Below the pieces are notes generated by a model. That model saw nothing but the letters and a program-made list of their open reading frames with translations, made no database searches and was not told where the DNA came from. Source: Histomonas meleagridis 2922-C6/04-290x (lineage: Eukaryota > Protista > Parabasalia). Taken from it: a stretch of 64,000 nucleotides of DNA. Positions 1 through 11,572 of the stretch are shown piece by piece. Every line of letters begins with the position of its first letter. Positions within the stretch are counted from its first letter, which is position 1. Made by a program: the position numbers and the translations under genes. Where the stretch lies: assembly GCA_020184695.1 (NCBI GenBank), contig JAANOX010000249.1, positions 1 to 64,000 of the forward strand. The letters are read 5' to 3'.

Positions 1-1
1 C

Positions 2-574
2 AACATCTTCTTTCCCAATACTATATGTTCCAATAATTGACGTATATCCTTGAGGTAAATATTCTTTCAATTTAGAAATAATAAAATCAAGACATGCTTT
101 TCTTGGTGGAATTTTAAGTCCTGAAGAAGCATATGTACAATCAATAAATAAATTATCAATAGGTGCGAATGGGATAGTATCTTCAATAACTTTTGGTTCT
201 GCTCGAAAATCTCCTGTGAATAAAATCTTTTTTCCACTTTTGAGAACAAAAAGGAACATTGCACTTCCAGGCGTATGGTTTGCATTTAATACATGTATTG
301 TAACATCGTCAACAACAAATGAAGTATTTGGTTCACAAATAGATAAACAAGGTTTTATCTTTGGAACTTTAATAAGAACCATTTTTGCAGTTATGTCAGT
401 ACAGTGGAGAACTCTAGGTTCTTTAAAAGATCTTATTCCAGAAAGATGGTCTTCATGAGCATGACTTAAAAATGAATGAACAAAATTTGGTGCAGTTTTA
501 CAATGCCAATCTACAGTAAAATTCGTATGTGGAACAATGCAATGTTTTGGTGGGAGCCTAAAATTTTGCTTCAT
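2..574 (-). CDS. SNM1/DCLRE1 (Pso2-like) metallo-beta-lactamase/beta-CASP DNA crosslink-repair nuclease, 5' part (runs off the window start)
   Basis: Not in the ORF track (no stop in window). Manual translation from ATG 574 gives FLSHAHEDH, NANHTPGSAMFLF, ILFTGDFR, LFIDCTY and GTYSIGKE, the typical SNM1 motif series. Confidence 0.85.
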   Translation of the reverse strand, partial: MKQNFRLPPKHCIVPHTNFTVDWHCKTAPNFVHSFLSHAHEDHLSGIRSFKEPRVLHCTDITAKMVLIKVPKIKPCLSICEPNTSFVVDDVTIHVLNANHTPGSAMFLFVLKSGKKILFTGDFRAEPKVIEDTIPFAPIDNLFIDCTYASSGLKIPPRKACLDFIISKLKEYLPQGYTSIIGTYSIGKEDV

Positions 575-800
575 TTAGTTGTAACATAACCATGATTTAA
601 GTTGAAAATGATCGTTATTTAGCACGTTAACTTTAAACGGCTGCCTTCTCTGGAATCCCTCGACCGTTTATAATCAAAATTTTTGAATACAAATACGATG
701 ATTTTTCATTCATTAAACTCTATCGTTCAATCAAATTCAAAATTCAAAATGATTTTTTTCGTATTTTTTAATGAAATTAAAAACAATATAATATTCTGTT

Positions 801-3800
801 CTATTTATATTCGATCTTCAAATGCGCGATTTTACCATTCTTTTGTATGCAGATTACTGAGTTTGGTTGAATGAATTTAATTTTGACCAATTGAGTTTCA
901 AATGAAAAATATTCTTTTTGGAAGTTTAAGTAATATGCTTCACAGATGTACAATGAATTTAGTGAAGCAAATGCGATATGATCGAAACCTTTATTATCAG
1001 TAAAAGAGATCAAACTTTTAATTGGAAAGTTCAAAACTCTTTTCCTAACTATTTTGCCGTTAATAGTATGCACAAACAAACAATGTGTTTTCTTACCGCA
1101 TTTTGTTTTAGTGCCATAAGTTATAATAAATCCCCAACCTTTAGTAACAACAATAATTTTTGGAATATATAGTTCAATATCAAGTGATATGAAAGTATTT
1201 TGTTTTTCTAATGAAGTTAATATAACACGACCAACACCAGAGCCAATAGCAATTAAATGATTATGTCGACTAATGAAGGAAGACGTTACGGGGTTGACAA
1301 AAAACGGGAATTTTTGAATGGGGTCTGTCAGGTCAGACCTATTGAAAATTTCAATTTGCGAATTGCCAAATGAAATCAAAATCAAATCTTTTGATTTCTT
1401 TATTGATTTTACTCCGAAAAATTTACTTTTTCTACCATTTTTAATATCAATTAATTCATTACTAGAGAATATTAAGTCTTCTTTGATGGTAAATATCTTG
1501 AAATTAGGAATAGAGATATTTGTTTTAGTAATTGATTGTTTATCCGTTAAAACTTTATAAAGATTTCCTTCAATATCTGTTACATAAATTATATTTTTAT
1601 GAATTTCAGCATATTTAACTGAGATAAATGTGTCGAAAAGTGATAATGTTGAAACAGATTTTTGAGGTTTGTTACGTTTTGGATGAGGAAACTTAAATAA
1701 TTGCGAAGGTAATTGTCCATTTTTAATTTTCTTGTTTACAATTTCATCATTTGTAGGATAACATGAATCATAAATTTCTTTAGCATACACATTATTAACT
1801 TTTAAATTATTTTGATTAATGCCGAACATTAAATCGATCCATTCATTTAAATGTTCAGATACTTCTTCACTTTCAAGGATTTTTTTATGTTGATACACAA
1901 AGTCTAATTGATTATTCGACCATTTAGGTAAAGTCACATCATTTAAAAACTCAGGGAAACAAAAAAATTCTGGAATTAATTCTCTAAAATCATTACTATC
2001 GGATGTCACATTTTTGTAAAGCTTTGAAATTGATGTGAATTTTAAACATTGATATTTTTCGAATCGTTCTTTCATAGCAAAAGTATTAATTTGAGATTTT
2101 TGATATTTTTCACGATTACTCATTTTTAATGAAATAATGTTTGTTACGTAAGGGCTAGATCTAACTCTATTTTTCACTGGTTTAGGAGGAATTAATTGTA
2201 ATTCATCTTTATTAAAATGTGAAAAATATGAATTAATCACATCAAGAGTTAAAGGTCCTTCTTCATATAAATAACCAGGAGGATCAATGATATCACGATC
2301 GATCATTAAATGTTTTAATATATTTAAGCGAATTTTATCCATAGCACCTATTGGAACATTAAAATTCCGTATGTTTGATATAGTATCACCTGAATAAGAT
2401 GATAAAACCCAAGGAAATATTGGGTATTGGATTAATGAGTTAAAAGATCTTCCTGCGAAGACATTAATTTTCATTAAATAATCGAAGTTAGATATACGAC
2501 AATTTACCCAATCTTCAACTAATGAGTTTTGGAATGATAAAAATATTTTCGATTGATTCGGATGTTTTTCTTTAATAATTTTTATGAATTGTCCTCTTTC
2601 ATTTATTGTCTTAAAGACTAAAAACAAAGTTTTACCATTACAAAATATTAATTCAAGTGAATTTGAGATATGTAAATATTTTTGTAATATCAAATTTTTG
2701 ATATTTTTAATTTGATATAATTTTTCATATTGATTATTCTTCTTTAATATAAATGTTTCTTGTCCAAATATTAATCGATAAACTTTTACGCCTAAAGGAT
2801 TAACTTTACCGCAATAAATTTCATTATCATTTGTATCATTCGGTATAATTGGTATATAATTTTTATTCACTTTTTCTTCTGATAAAACATATTTAAGTTT
2901 CGTTGGTATACCAAATGTTGTTAATGTATAATCACGTTTCATATTTTGTTTGATTACCAAACTCCATGGATCATTACGTAAATTCATTGCATTCCAAATC
3001 GATGAATATTTCTTTTGGTTATCACGAAATACTTTAATTTGTTTATCAAGGATTTCGATTAATGTGAATTTTTGTGTTGGAGATTGGAACAGATTTTTAT
3101 ATTCATTAATACGTAATTTAACATTTGATATAAATGATTGAACTTCTTGAATTATATTATTAACTGTGTTTTGTTTCATTAATAAATTTGATTCACATTT
3201 TGAAAATGCATCGAAAATGTTTTCTTTATTAGCAGTATTATCTTCATATGCTAAAAATGTTGATTTAATTTGGAAACGTTTTAATTGCATACACATTAAA
3301 TTAATATAACTTTGTGCTTCGAATTGGATATTAAATGGCACAACTAAATTCTCTAAAAACGAAGTAATATAATCTTGATGAAAACGTATCAAAAAATATC
3401 CTAATAATAATTGAAGTTTAAATGTATTTCGACCTAATGAATTACTTTGTAATAATTTAAAACATGATAACGCAAGTTCTTCATCAATCCATTTCGACTT
3501 CGAATCAATATGTAACCCAAAACGTTTTGTTTGTAAAGGTTTATAATTTAAAACAGAATTTAAAAATTCATCGAAATCAAATAATGAAATATTTGGGTTT
3601 AAAAAAGGTGTTTCATTAATATCATCTTTAAAGAAGAAATATGTTTCTGCTATATTAACTAATTGGAACAAATTAAATTCATTTGTTTCTATCTCATGAG
3701 AATTAAAACTTTCAATAACTAATTTTAAAAACATTGATTGTAAATAACTTGTATTATAACTATAAATTTTCGAGATTAATTCAATAATAGAAAATACTAT

Positions 3801-6800
3801 TCCCCAATCGAAATTTAAAAACGAACGAAATATTTTTGTACGAATTATTTGATTATTCGAAAGTACTGCTACAATTATAGGTAAAACTAATTCATACGAA
3901 TATTTAAAATCAAAGTTCATATCAAAATCATCAATTAATGTATAATCAGGATAAATTAATGATAAATAACATGTGAATTGTATAATATGTTCTTTAATAA
4001 TTAAATCATTTAATTCTTTCGATATAACACTTTGAGAAAATTGTTCTAATAAGATATATATATGTATTAATTTTTCAGCTCGATTATTTATAGTTTTGAT
4101 GAAATTAATAATAATGTTTAATAATTGAATATATGATTTACCATTTTGTTTTTCTAATAATGCATATAAAGATAAAACAAATTTTTCATTTTTTATTATT
4201 TCAGGTGAAGTTTTTATTAAATATTCAATGATGTTTAACATTTCATTAAATGCTATATCATTCATAAAATAACAATAATTCATGAAAATAGAAAACTCAT
4301 CGATTTTAAAATCAGATGTTAATTGTGTTAACATATTACATAACATTTTATAACATCGAAAACATGTTACAGATGATAACGATTTAGCTATTTTACTTGG
4401 GATTTGATGTGTAACTTCAATTGATATTGAAGTATTAAACAAAACTAAAATATTCGATAAAAACTCCGAAAAACTCGTGTTATTCTTAAACTCATTAATT
4501 AATTCAGTGGACCAATGTTTAATAATCAAAAGTAAATCATTATTATTATTACAAGAAAACCATAAATTAAAATTAAATATTAAGTTGATATAAAATGATT
4601 TAGAATAAATCGGATTTAATTGTTGAAAACTTTGATAAATCTTTAAATAAATTTGATAATTTAATAAATCTGATGCATTCTCTATAAAATAAAATGCAAT
4701 TTCATTAAAATCAAATTCAGGATTATTTTGTAAGTTAATTAATGATGTAATAATATCATAAATTTCATTATTTTTCGACCTAAAAAGTGGATAAATAATA
4801 TGTAAATTCTCTAATAAAACTTTTATAAATGATTTTAAGATGATTTGTTTATTATAATCTTGTAAAGCTTCTTGAATTCTTTTAGTTTGAAGTTTAGGAT
4901 ATATACAGATCGAATTGATTTGAATTGTTTCTTGTGGTAATTCTTGAATTTGTACTTTCTCCATTAAATCTTTTGATATAAATGAAATTAAATTCTTTTT
5001 AGGTGAATATTTTATACAAAAATCTTTTGAACTTTGATTAATTTTATATACTATTGCACCAATTGTTAAACATAAAACATTTTCATTTTCATAATATAAT
5101 TTAAAAATATCATTAAATTCATATCGAACGAAATTATTAAAAAATATCGAAAAACCATTTTTAATATTAAATTTCATTTGATTATAATTTTGTATTAATT
5201 TCTTTAATATCGAAATTAATGTTTGTGTTTCAGTCTTAAATATATTTATATTCATTAACTTCTCAATAACTTCAATTGAACAATCGATACTTACTATTTT
5301 AATGAAAAGTTGTAAACATTTCTCACGAATAGACTCATTATTTTCGAAAATAGACAACAAAAATGTATCTAAACCACATTCATGAAATTGCACAGCGTTA
5401 TAAGGTGAATAATCAATAAGTTCATTAATAAAAGAAAATATTTTTGTGCTATAATCTTCCGAATTCTGATATAATAAAATTAATAATTTCGCAGCATTCG
5501 GTTGATGCACTAAAAACTTTTGTGGATATTCAATTAATTTATTTCCTGAAATTAATTTTATTATCTTTAAAAACATTTCATTCGGTATATCTTCATTAAA
5601 AGATTTGGAGATAACTTCGATATAATCTTCTTTAAGTTTAATTATACGTGAAATATTTAATAATATATCAATAAATTTGTTTAAAAAGGTTTGACAAATT
5701 TGATTCTTTTTATCGATTTTAGCTAAACATGAAATTAATGGTTTTAATAATGAAGGAAAAAATGAAATTTTCTCTATTTCTAATATATCGATGATTTTAA
5801 GAGACATTAAAACATATTTTTCCTCAGGGAAATATTCGGAAATCATATCAAACACTAAAACTATTGCATCCTCAACATTTTTCGTTTTGAACTTAAACAA
5901 ATACTTAAAAACGAATGAAAACAAATTCGGCTCAAAAATTAATGAAATAAATGCTCTAACGAATGAATCTGTTGAAAGAGTTTCAACTAATTCTTCGTCA
6001 ACAAAAAAAGATGATAAAGCTTGAAATGCATTTGTCCTTGCACGTTCAATTATTTGGTTCCCTTGGAATTGTAATCTTTGATAATTTAATATCGATTTCG
6101 TAAATATTTCAACAACTCTTTGAGAATTCTTAAATAACTTTGTCTTGTCAGGAATTTGCGAACATTTTATAGCTAACTCGCCAAACAACAATGGATATGG
6201 TAATGAATTCTCTAACACATAACAAATAGCATCAATTCCTCCAATTAACAAACATTCAAATGCAACAGATTTTAACCCATTAATAGCTTCATTTGGTATA
6301 ATGTTTTGATTATATAAGATAAACGAAAAAATGGTTTGCGTCATTTGTGGAACTGGAAATCCTTTTTCTTGATTTATCTTACAGATTACAAATAAAGTCG
6401 CAAACGCATTAAACATATTATTGTTTTCAATCGGCGTTTCATTGATCTTTTCTAAAAATGCATTTGAAAACCCAAACGCTATTTTTGGATCATTAGCAAA
6501 TGAATCAACAAGAATTTCTAAAATATTCGTAAGTTCATATCCAACTAATGTTTCAATCGCCATCATAGATGGACTACTTGTATCAAATGTTAAGCCAGTA
6601 GTAAAAGTGGGTATATCACTGATTTGAAATGTTGGAGAAATCTTTTCAGTAACTTCAAATTTCCCTAACGGTTCCGGCACTTTTTGGACCGATATGGACA
6701 TTTCTGAGGAAAGTGCTAGGTCAAAAACCGCTGACGCACAAACGCCGAACATTTTTTCAATGATATCGTACTTGGAAAACCGTATCACATGACGAAGGAA

Positions 6801-7628
6801 ATTGATGCCTAATGGATCAAGTTTGGAGAGGAATGGATAAATAGAAAAATCAATCTCATCTGATACTCCTGGTGGAAGGGAATCAAATGAATCAAGAATT
6901 TTAGAAATCGTGTGAAATATTGATTCAACATCTGGCGTTCTGTTTTTTGAGAGTTCAAAGGAAATTTCTTTAAGAATTAGAGGAATGATTGAATATGCTT
7001 GTGGTGGAAGATCATGAACTTTAAATAGTTGTGAAATTATTTTGGTGACTTCGCTTAAATTAGAATAATCTTTGTTGTGGTCATACATCCCAATGGTAAA
7101 TAAAAAGGCATCAATCGCAATTGAACTATATGATGATTTCATACAAAACAATAATGCTTCTAAAATTAATGAAAAAAACTCGAGATTTTGGGTACGTTCA
7201 CAATATATTGTCCATGATACATACCCTACAAGAAAATATTGCGAAATTAATTCGATTTCTGGTGGAGTCAAATTTGGAAGTTTTAAAAAAGTTTCGAATG
7301 ATTGCAATATGAACGGAAATCTAAAACCAATTGTTTTCATTGCACTGGCACGTGTAAGGCCATTTTGTAGACACTGATTTAACTGATCAATTAACTTTGA
7401 ATTATTTGGAAGTGGATTTCTTTCAATAAAAGAGAGAATGGTTTTGTTTGTTGTAAGTTTTCGTGGCGTTCTAATTGGTTTAATTTGCAAAATGGAAAAA
7501 AGAGGATCAAATTTCGCAAATTTGTTCATTTTGCAATTTGTTTGATTTATTTTTCCTGCTATTTTTTTGTGTGATTTTTGATCGTCGATTTTTTTTTGGT
7601 ATGAAATCATGTTTTTTTGGTTTGTCAT
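801..7628 (-). CDS. BEACH-domain protein (PH-BEACH-WD40 C-terminus)
   Basis: 2275 aa ORF. Motifs WVNCRISNFDYLMKINVFAGRSFNSLIQYPIFPWVL, ELIPEFFCFPEFL and SEHLNEWIDLMFG are BEACH hallmarks. Confidence 0.92.
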   Translation of the reverse strand: MTNQKNMISYQKKIDDQKSHKKIAGKINQTNCKMNKFAKFDPLFSILQIKPIRTPRKLTTNKTILSFIERNPLPNNSKLIDQLNQCLQNGLTRASAMKTIGFRFPFILQSFETFLKLPNLTPPEIELISQYFLVGYVSWTIYCERTQNLEFFSLILEALLFCMKSSYSSIAIDAFLFTIGMYDHNKDYSNLSEVTKIISQLFKVHDLPPQAYSIIPLILKEISFELSKNRTPDVESIFHTISKILDSFDSLPPGVSDEIDFSIYPFLSKLDPLGINFLRHVIRFSKYDIIEKMFGVCASAVFDLALSSEMSISVQKVPEPLGKFEVTEKISPTFQISDIPTFTTGLTFDTSSPSMMAIETLVGYELTNILEILVDSFANDPKIAFGFSNAFLEKINETPIENNNMFNAFATLFVICKINQEKGFPVPQMTQTIFSFILYNQNIIPNEAINGLKSVAFECLLIGGIDAICYVLENSLPYPLLFGELAIKCSQIPDKTKLFKNSQRVVEIFTKSILNYQRLQFQGNQIIERARTNAFQALSSFFVDEELVETLSTDSFVRAFISLIFEPNLFSFVFKYLFKFKTKNVEDAIVLVFDMISEYFPEEKYVLMSLKIIDILEIEKISFFPSLLKPLISCLAKIDKKNQICQTFLNKFIDILLNISRIIKLKEDYIEVISKSFNEDIPNEMFLKIIKLISGNKLIEYPQKFLVHQPNAAKLLILLYQNSEDYSTKIFSFINELIDYSPYNAVQFHECGLDTFLLSIFENNESIREKCLQLFIKIVSIDCSIEVIEKLMNINIFKTETQTLISILKKLIQNYNQMKFNIKNGFSIFFNNFVRYEFNDIFKLYYENENVLCLTIGAIVYKINQSSKDFCIKYSPKKNLISFISKDLMEKVQIQELPQETIQINSICIYPKLQTKRIQEALQDYNKQIILKSFIKVLLENLHIIYPLFRSKNNEIYDIITSLINLQNNPEFDFNEIAFYFIENASDLLNYQIYLKIYQSFQQLNPIYSKSFYINLIFNFNLWFSCNNNNDLLLIIKHWSTELINEFKNNTSFSEFLSNILVLFNTSISIEVTHQIPSKIAKSLSSVTCFRCYKMLCNMLTQLTSDFKIDEFSIFMNYCYFMNDIAFNEMLNIIEYLIKTSPEIIKNEKFVLSLYALLEKQNGKSYIQLLNIIINFIKTINNRAEKLIHIYILLEQFSQSVISKELNDLIIKEHIIQFTCYLSLIYPDYTLIDDFDMNFDFKYSYELVLPIIVAVLSNNQIIRTKIFRSFLNFDWGIVFSIIELISKIYSYNTSYLQSMFLKLVIESFNSHEIETNEFNLFQLVNIAETYFFFKDDINETPFLNPNISLFDFDEFLNSVLNYKPLQTKRFGLHIDSKSKWIDEELALSCFKLLQSNSLGRNTFKLQLLLGYFLIRFHQDYITSFLENLVVPFNIQFEAQSYINLMCMQLKRFQIKSTFLAYEDNTANKENIFDAFSKCESNLLMKQNTVNNIIQEVQSFISNVKLRINEYKNLFQSPTQKFTLIEILDKQIKVFRDNQKKYSSIWNAMNLRNDPWSLVIKQNMKRDYTLTTFGIPTKLKYVLSEEKVNKNYIPIIPNDTNDNEIYCGKVNPLGVKVYRLIFGQETFILKKNNQYEKLYQIKNIKNLILQKYLHISNSLELIFCNGKTLFLVFKTINERGQFIKIIKEKHPNQSKIFLSFQNSLVEDWVNCRISNFDYLMKINVFAGRSFNSLIQYPIFPWVLSSYSGDTISNIRNFNVPIGAMDKIRLNILKHLMIDRDIIDPPGYLYEEGPLTLDVINSYFSHFNKDELQLIPPKPVKNRVRSSPYVTNIISLKMSNREKYQKSQINTFAMKERFEKYQCLKFTSISKLYKNVTSDSNDFRELIPEFFCFPEFLNDVTLPKWSNNQLDFVYQHKKILESEEVSEHLNEWIDLMFGINQNNLKVNNVYAKEIYDSCYPTNDEIVNKKIKNGQLPSQLFKFPHPKRNKPQKSVSTLSLFDTFISVKYAEIHKNIIYVTDIEGNLYKVLTDKQSITKTNISIPNFKIFTIKEDLIFSSNELIDIKNGRKSKFFGVKSIKKSKDLILISFGNSQIEIFNRSDLTDPIQKFPFFVNPVTSSFISRHNHLIAIGSGVGRVILTSLEKQNTFISLDIELYIPKIIVVTKGWGFIITYGTKTKCGKKTHCLFVHTINGKIVRKRVLNFPIKSLISFTDNKGFDHIAFASLNSLYICEAYYLNFQKEYFSFETQLVKIKFIQPNSVICIQKNGKIAHLKIEYK

Positions 7629-7850
7629 AAGCGCAGCATCAAAAACACATATATAGAAGTGGCATAAGATTTATTATAACTAATGATTCATCTATATTTA
7701 TATGAATAATTGATGATTGAAATTTTTAAAAATCTATTGATAATCATCTTTATTCCAAATATTTTTAATAAAAAAGGTTTAAATAACAAGAAAAACAATT
7801 AACTTTATTGATTTCATCTAACTCTATTTATCAAACTCTAATCAGGCGCA

Positions 7851-9644
7851 TTACATTTGTTGCAATATCACCTCCAATTCCTGAAGAACATTTAGATTTT
7901 TCATCTTATCGTTATTCGATTTCTTTAGTATCCTCAAAAATTTACTTATGTTTGAAGGTGTTAATAATGGGAAAAAAACATTACTCGAAATTTTGATTAT
8001 TTTTTTGATTTTTTCAACAATTTCTGTTGTGAGTTTAATCAACAAATCCGAAACTTTTAACTCAAATATTAAATTGATAGCAAAGAAATATAATTTGATT
8101 TGTTTATCCTTTCGGTCACAAAACTCATCTAACATTAAAATCTTTTCGATTCCATGGCATACAATATCAGCTTGATTGTTTTCATTAGCTATAAAACAAA
8201 AACTTGAAATTTCATCTTTGGTCTCACACTTTTCGAGTAAAGTATTCAATGACTCCTTTGAAATTGTTTTGTTTCTTAAATGATACAACAAAACTTTTAA
8301 TGGTATCATTCGCGTATGACTATAACTTAATAACTTAGCAATAAATTTATCAACAGGAATTTGAGAGTTATAGTAATCATAAATATTATATAAAATTGTT
8401 GTGCAATCAATTTCAGATGATGCTCTTTTTATAAAATTCATAATTTCTTCAAGCGAACTCTTTTCTTTAACGAACCTAAAAATGATAATTTTTAATAATT
8501 CTTCCGAATAAAAAACAAATGGTTCCCCAAAAACAATTCGAAAAAAATTGGAATCAAAGTCATTATTTGTGACCATCGCTACTAATGAATGATCTAATAT
8601 CTTGTTTCTTTTTTCTAATTCATTTGAAAGCATTTTTCGTACTTGATTTGGTGGAACGTTGCGATCGACTTTTTCTATAAACTCTATCGTCATCTCGGAA
8701 CCGTTTTCTGGTATCGGCGCTATTTCTGAGTATTGGACTGCCCCAAGTTTATCTAACAAAAAGTGATGGATTTCATCGGTTTTCCACTTTTCGGCACAGA
8801 GCTTTAGAACTTGCAAATTTCCTGTTTGTAAAAAATGGTGCGTTAAAGTTAAATTAAATTGATCAACAAACGATGCCTTAGAGACAAAATTAAATGCAAT
8901 TAATGGGTCAATATCTGTGATGACATCTAACAAAAGATTTTTATTGTATTCTTGGTCCTTTGATATAGTAAAAAAATCCGAAATTATATCCAAGTAATCT
9001 GTAATTGCGCCTTTGTTTATTGTTTTAATAAGTACTTCAACAAAATTTTTGATGATGAGTATGTTATTAGAGGCTTTGGATTCATTATATAAAGAACAAA
9101 CACACGATTTTTGGTCAATTTTAGAGTCGTGAATGGAATATTGGACCGCTGATTCTATCATTAAAAACGCATCTTTTTCATTATTGGGATAAATATTTGT
9201 AAACTTTGGAAAGAAAAATAACATACAGCGGTAAGTTTCAATAAGGTGCTCAAGTGTTAAAAAGTTGCAATATTTAGGTAAATAATTGATTAATATAAAG
9301 CGTAAAAAAAATCCACTGACGGGATGAGAAGCAGCTGAAATCATGGAATAAAAGGTTTTGATTTGGTTTTCGTCTTTGGTAGCACAAGCAATAAGGAAAA
9401 TAACATAAAGTCGAGGAATAACTTTTGGAGAACGAAGAGCTAAATTAAACCCTTCTTGTAATTCTTTTAATGTAAAAATGGAAGAAAGCTCTTTTATATA
9501 ATTTGCAAAGTGTGATGAAGATTCACCAAAATTATCATAATATTCATTAAAATTTGTATTTCTAGAATAACAGAAAGATTCGCAAAAACTAAGCAATGAT
9601 CCTATTTTTTCTTTGATATTTTTATTTCTTCCAGTTGCAGCCAT
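7851..9644 (-). CDS. VPS35-like (retromer/retriever) alpha-solenoid protein
   Basis: 597 aa. VIPRLYVIFL and HPVSGFFLRFIL resemble VPS35 IIPRLYLL and HPLRGLFLRNYL. Confidence 0.65.
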   Translation of the reverse strand: MAATGRNKNIKEKIGSLLSFCESFCYSRNTNFNEYYDNFGESSSHFANYIKELSSIFTLKELQEGFNLALRSPKVIPRLYVIFLIACATKDENQIKTFYSMISAASHPVSGFFLRFILINYLPKYCNFLTLEHLIETYRCMLFFFPKFTNIYPNNEKDAFLMIESAVQYSIHDSKIDQKSCVCSLYNESKASNNILIIKNFVEVLIKTINKGAITDYLDIISDFFTISKDQEYNKNLLLDVITDIDPLIAFNFVSKASFVDQFNLTLTHHFLQTGNLQVLKLCAEKWKTDEIHHFLLDKLGAVQYSEIAPIPENGSEMTIEFIEKVDRNVPPNQVRKMLSNELEKRNKILDHSLVAMVTNNDFDSNFFRIVFGEPFVFYSEELLKIIIFRFVKEKSSLEEIMNFIKRASSEIDCTTILYNIYDYYNSQIPVDKFIAKLLSYSHTRMIPLKVLLYHLRNKTISKESLNTLLEKCETKDEISSFCFIANENNQADIVCHGIEKILMLDEFCDRKDKQIKLYFFAINLIFELKVSDLLIKLTTEIVEKIKKIIKISSNVFFPLLTPSNISKFLRILKKSNNDKMKNLNVLQELEVILQQM

Positions 9645-10049
9645 GTACCAATTTGATTAACGAAAGATATCTGCTGAAAACGGTTTGCCATTTCGGTTAT
9701 CGATTCAAAAAAATTGTATCGTAGTATATCGATAAGATTTACATTTCTTGCAATAACATGTTCAAGATGTCATATAGAAATAGTTAAACTACATTTTGAT
9801 CAATAAGAAACTGATGCTAGTGTGTAAGATATTTGTCTGTTATATATTTAGAAAAAATAAAATAAAAAAAAAAAAAAAAAAATTGATTCAATTATAACAT
9901 CAAAAAATTGACATTAAAAGAATTAACTTATACTATATAATCATTCAAATACTTAAAAGTTTCCAAAGTTATTTTCATTTATCCTCGATCAGTGTTACAA
10001 AAATTCGAGTTGCTTATTTCAAAATTAAGATAACAAAAACGTTTTATTT

Positions 10050-11135
10050 TTAAGGATATTCTGCTTTTTCATAATTCAAAACAAAAGTTGGAGCTTCGAG
10101 ATCCTTTTCGCCATACTTAGCTCTGTATGTTGGCTCTATGTCAGCTTGTTTAGTTGATTTTACTTGTATTACTTCGCAATTTGATAAGAATATCAAATCC
10201 ATTAAAAATGAACTCGAAAAAACGCACAAAATTACGTAAAATACTTTCATATACCGTCTTGACAACAACTTAATAACGAAAGGAACATCATTTCCAGCAA
10301 TCAAAGGATCCAAATTCGCATCAATATAAGACTGCGATGTAAAAATTCCTTGGTTATTCTTTTTTAAATCGTTAAATTCATTTATCATTGCATTGCTCCA
10401 AAGATTTTTATTTTCGAATATTACACAAACTGGATGATCTGTTGGAATGTGCGCAAACTCTTCTTTCTCTTCCCATGTGGCATATTCAACTTCTTTATAT
10501 AGTGTTTTTGGTTCTTTGTGAGATTCGTGAAAGATTTTATAGAATGGTGGAGTGGTTCGAATATCTGTGATTTTCTCTGTTAATTCATTGATGGTATAAA
10601 TGTCTCTCCCCATAAAATTAATGGATGTCAGTGGAGATATATTGCAATAAGAAAACGAAAGAATCATGCCCATCGCAAATAATACTGTAAAACCTGATAT
10701 TAATCCAGATGCTAAGTTTTCAAACTTGTTTTCATATACAATAGTGCAGTAAAGACTTGATATGAAGATACCAAGACTTCCAGTCCCAAGCACTGTACAA
10801 GTAGTCATCGTAACAAAATCACAACAACCCACCGTCTTTAATATAAAACATCTTTTGAAACATGCATAGATATATACAATAATAGTTGGTAATAAAAAAA
10901 CGACAACGCATATGTAATATAGATATTTGGTTGAATAGCATAAATTGTAGTTGCCTGTATAACAGAATGATGCATTTTCAAAAAGAATAAATTCTTCTGT
11001 ATCTCTTGAATGATTAATATAATTCATGCAAAGACCAGTACAGAGCGTGTCACCACACGTGATATTTTCTCCTTCGTGAGGGTATGAATTCACTTCCCAA
11101 TCAGAAAAAGCAAAACTAAGGAAAACCCAGAACAT
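10050..11135 (-). CDS. Multi-pass membrane protein with signal peptide (weak TMEM151-like resemblance)
   Basis: 361 aa. Signal-like start MFWVFLSFAFS, Cys-rich N-terminal segment, about 4 hydrophobic segments. Confidence 0.5.
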   Translation of the reverse strand: MFWVFLSFAFSDWEVNSYPHEGENITCGDTLCTGLCMNYINHSRDTEEFILFENASFCYTGNYNLCYSTKYLYYICVVVFLLPTIIVYIYACFKRCFILKTVGCCDFVTMTTCTVLGTGSLGIFISSLYCTIVYENKFENLASGLISGFTVLFAMGMILSFSYCNISPLTSINFMGRDIYTINELTEKITDIRTTPPFYKIFHESHKEPKTLYKEVEYATWEEKEEFAHIPTDHPVCVIFENKNLWSNAMINEFNDLKKNNQGIFTSQSYIDANLDPLIAGNDVPFVIKLLSRRYMKVFYVILCVFSSSFLMDLIFLSNCEVIQVKSTKQADIEPTYRAKYGEKDLEAPTFVLNYEKAEYP

Positions 11136-11572
11136 TTTGTAATTTGTTGTATGTGGGCTTTAAACTGTCATGTGACATTGTCACTTTTCATAATTGAGAA
11201 GTTGAACATTTTTTTATTGAATGAGCTATCCGGGTGTTTGCAACGTTTATCTCTCAGCATCCGCAATATAACCAATATAGATTTCATCACACCAAAATCT
11301 TCACAGGTTATGTTTAATTTCAAATTTTAAAAATCATGTGAAAAAAGTTTAGATTTTTAAGTGACTAAATTGAGTGATTAAAAAAATTTTTTTTTATGTT
11401 GTTTCATATGCTGCTATGAAATTATTCTAAATATAAGTCGTCATAAATATGAAAATGCATAATTATCATTTTTACAAATAGATAAAACATTTGTAACATT
11501 CAATCACAAAATTTTGTAAAATTTAATACAAAAAAACACTTTTTATTATAATCAAAAACTTACAAAGTTTTC

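Noticed and set aside
978-7377. Small + strand ORFs inside the BEACH gene, and similar shadow ORFs inside Hsp110, DUF4838, Nap1, RhoGAP and TBC
   Set aside because: Antisense or alternate-frame by-products of long coding regions, with no recognisable motifs.
9851-9882. Poly-A tract as a retroposon tail
   Set aside because: No target-site duplication or associated ORF visible.
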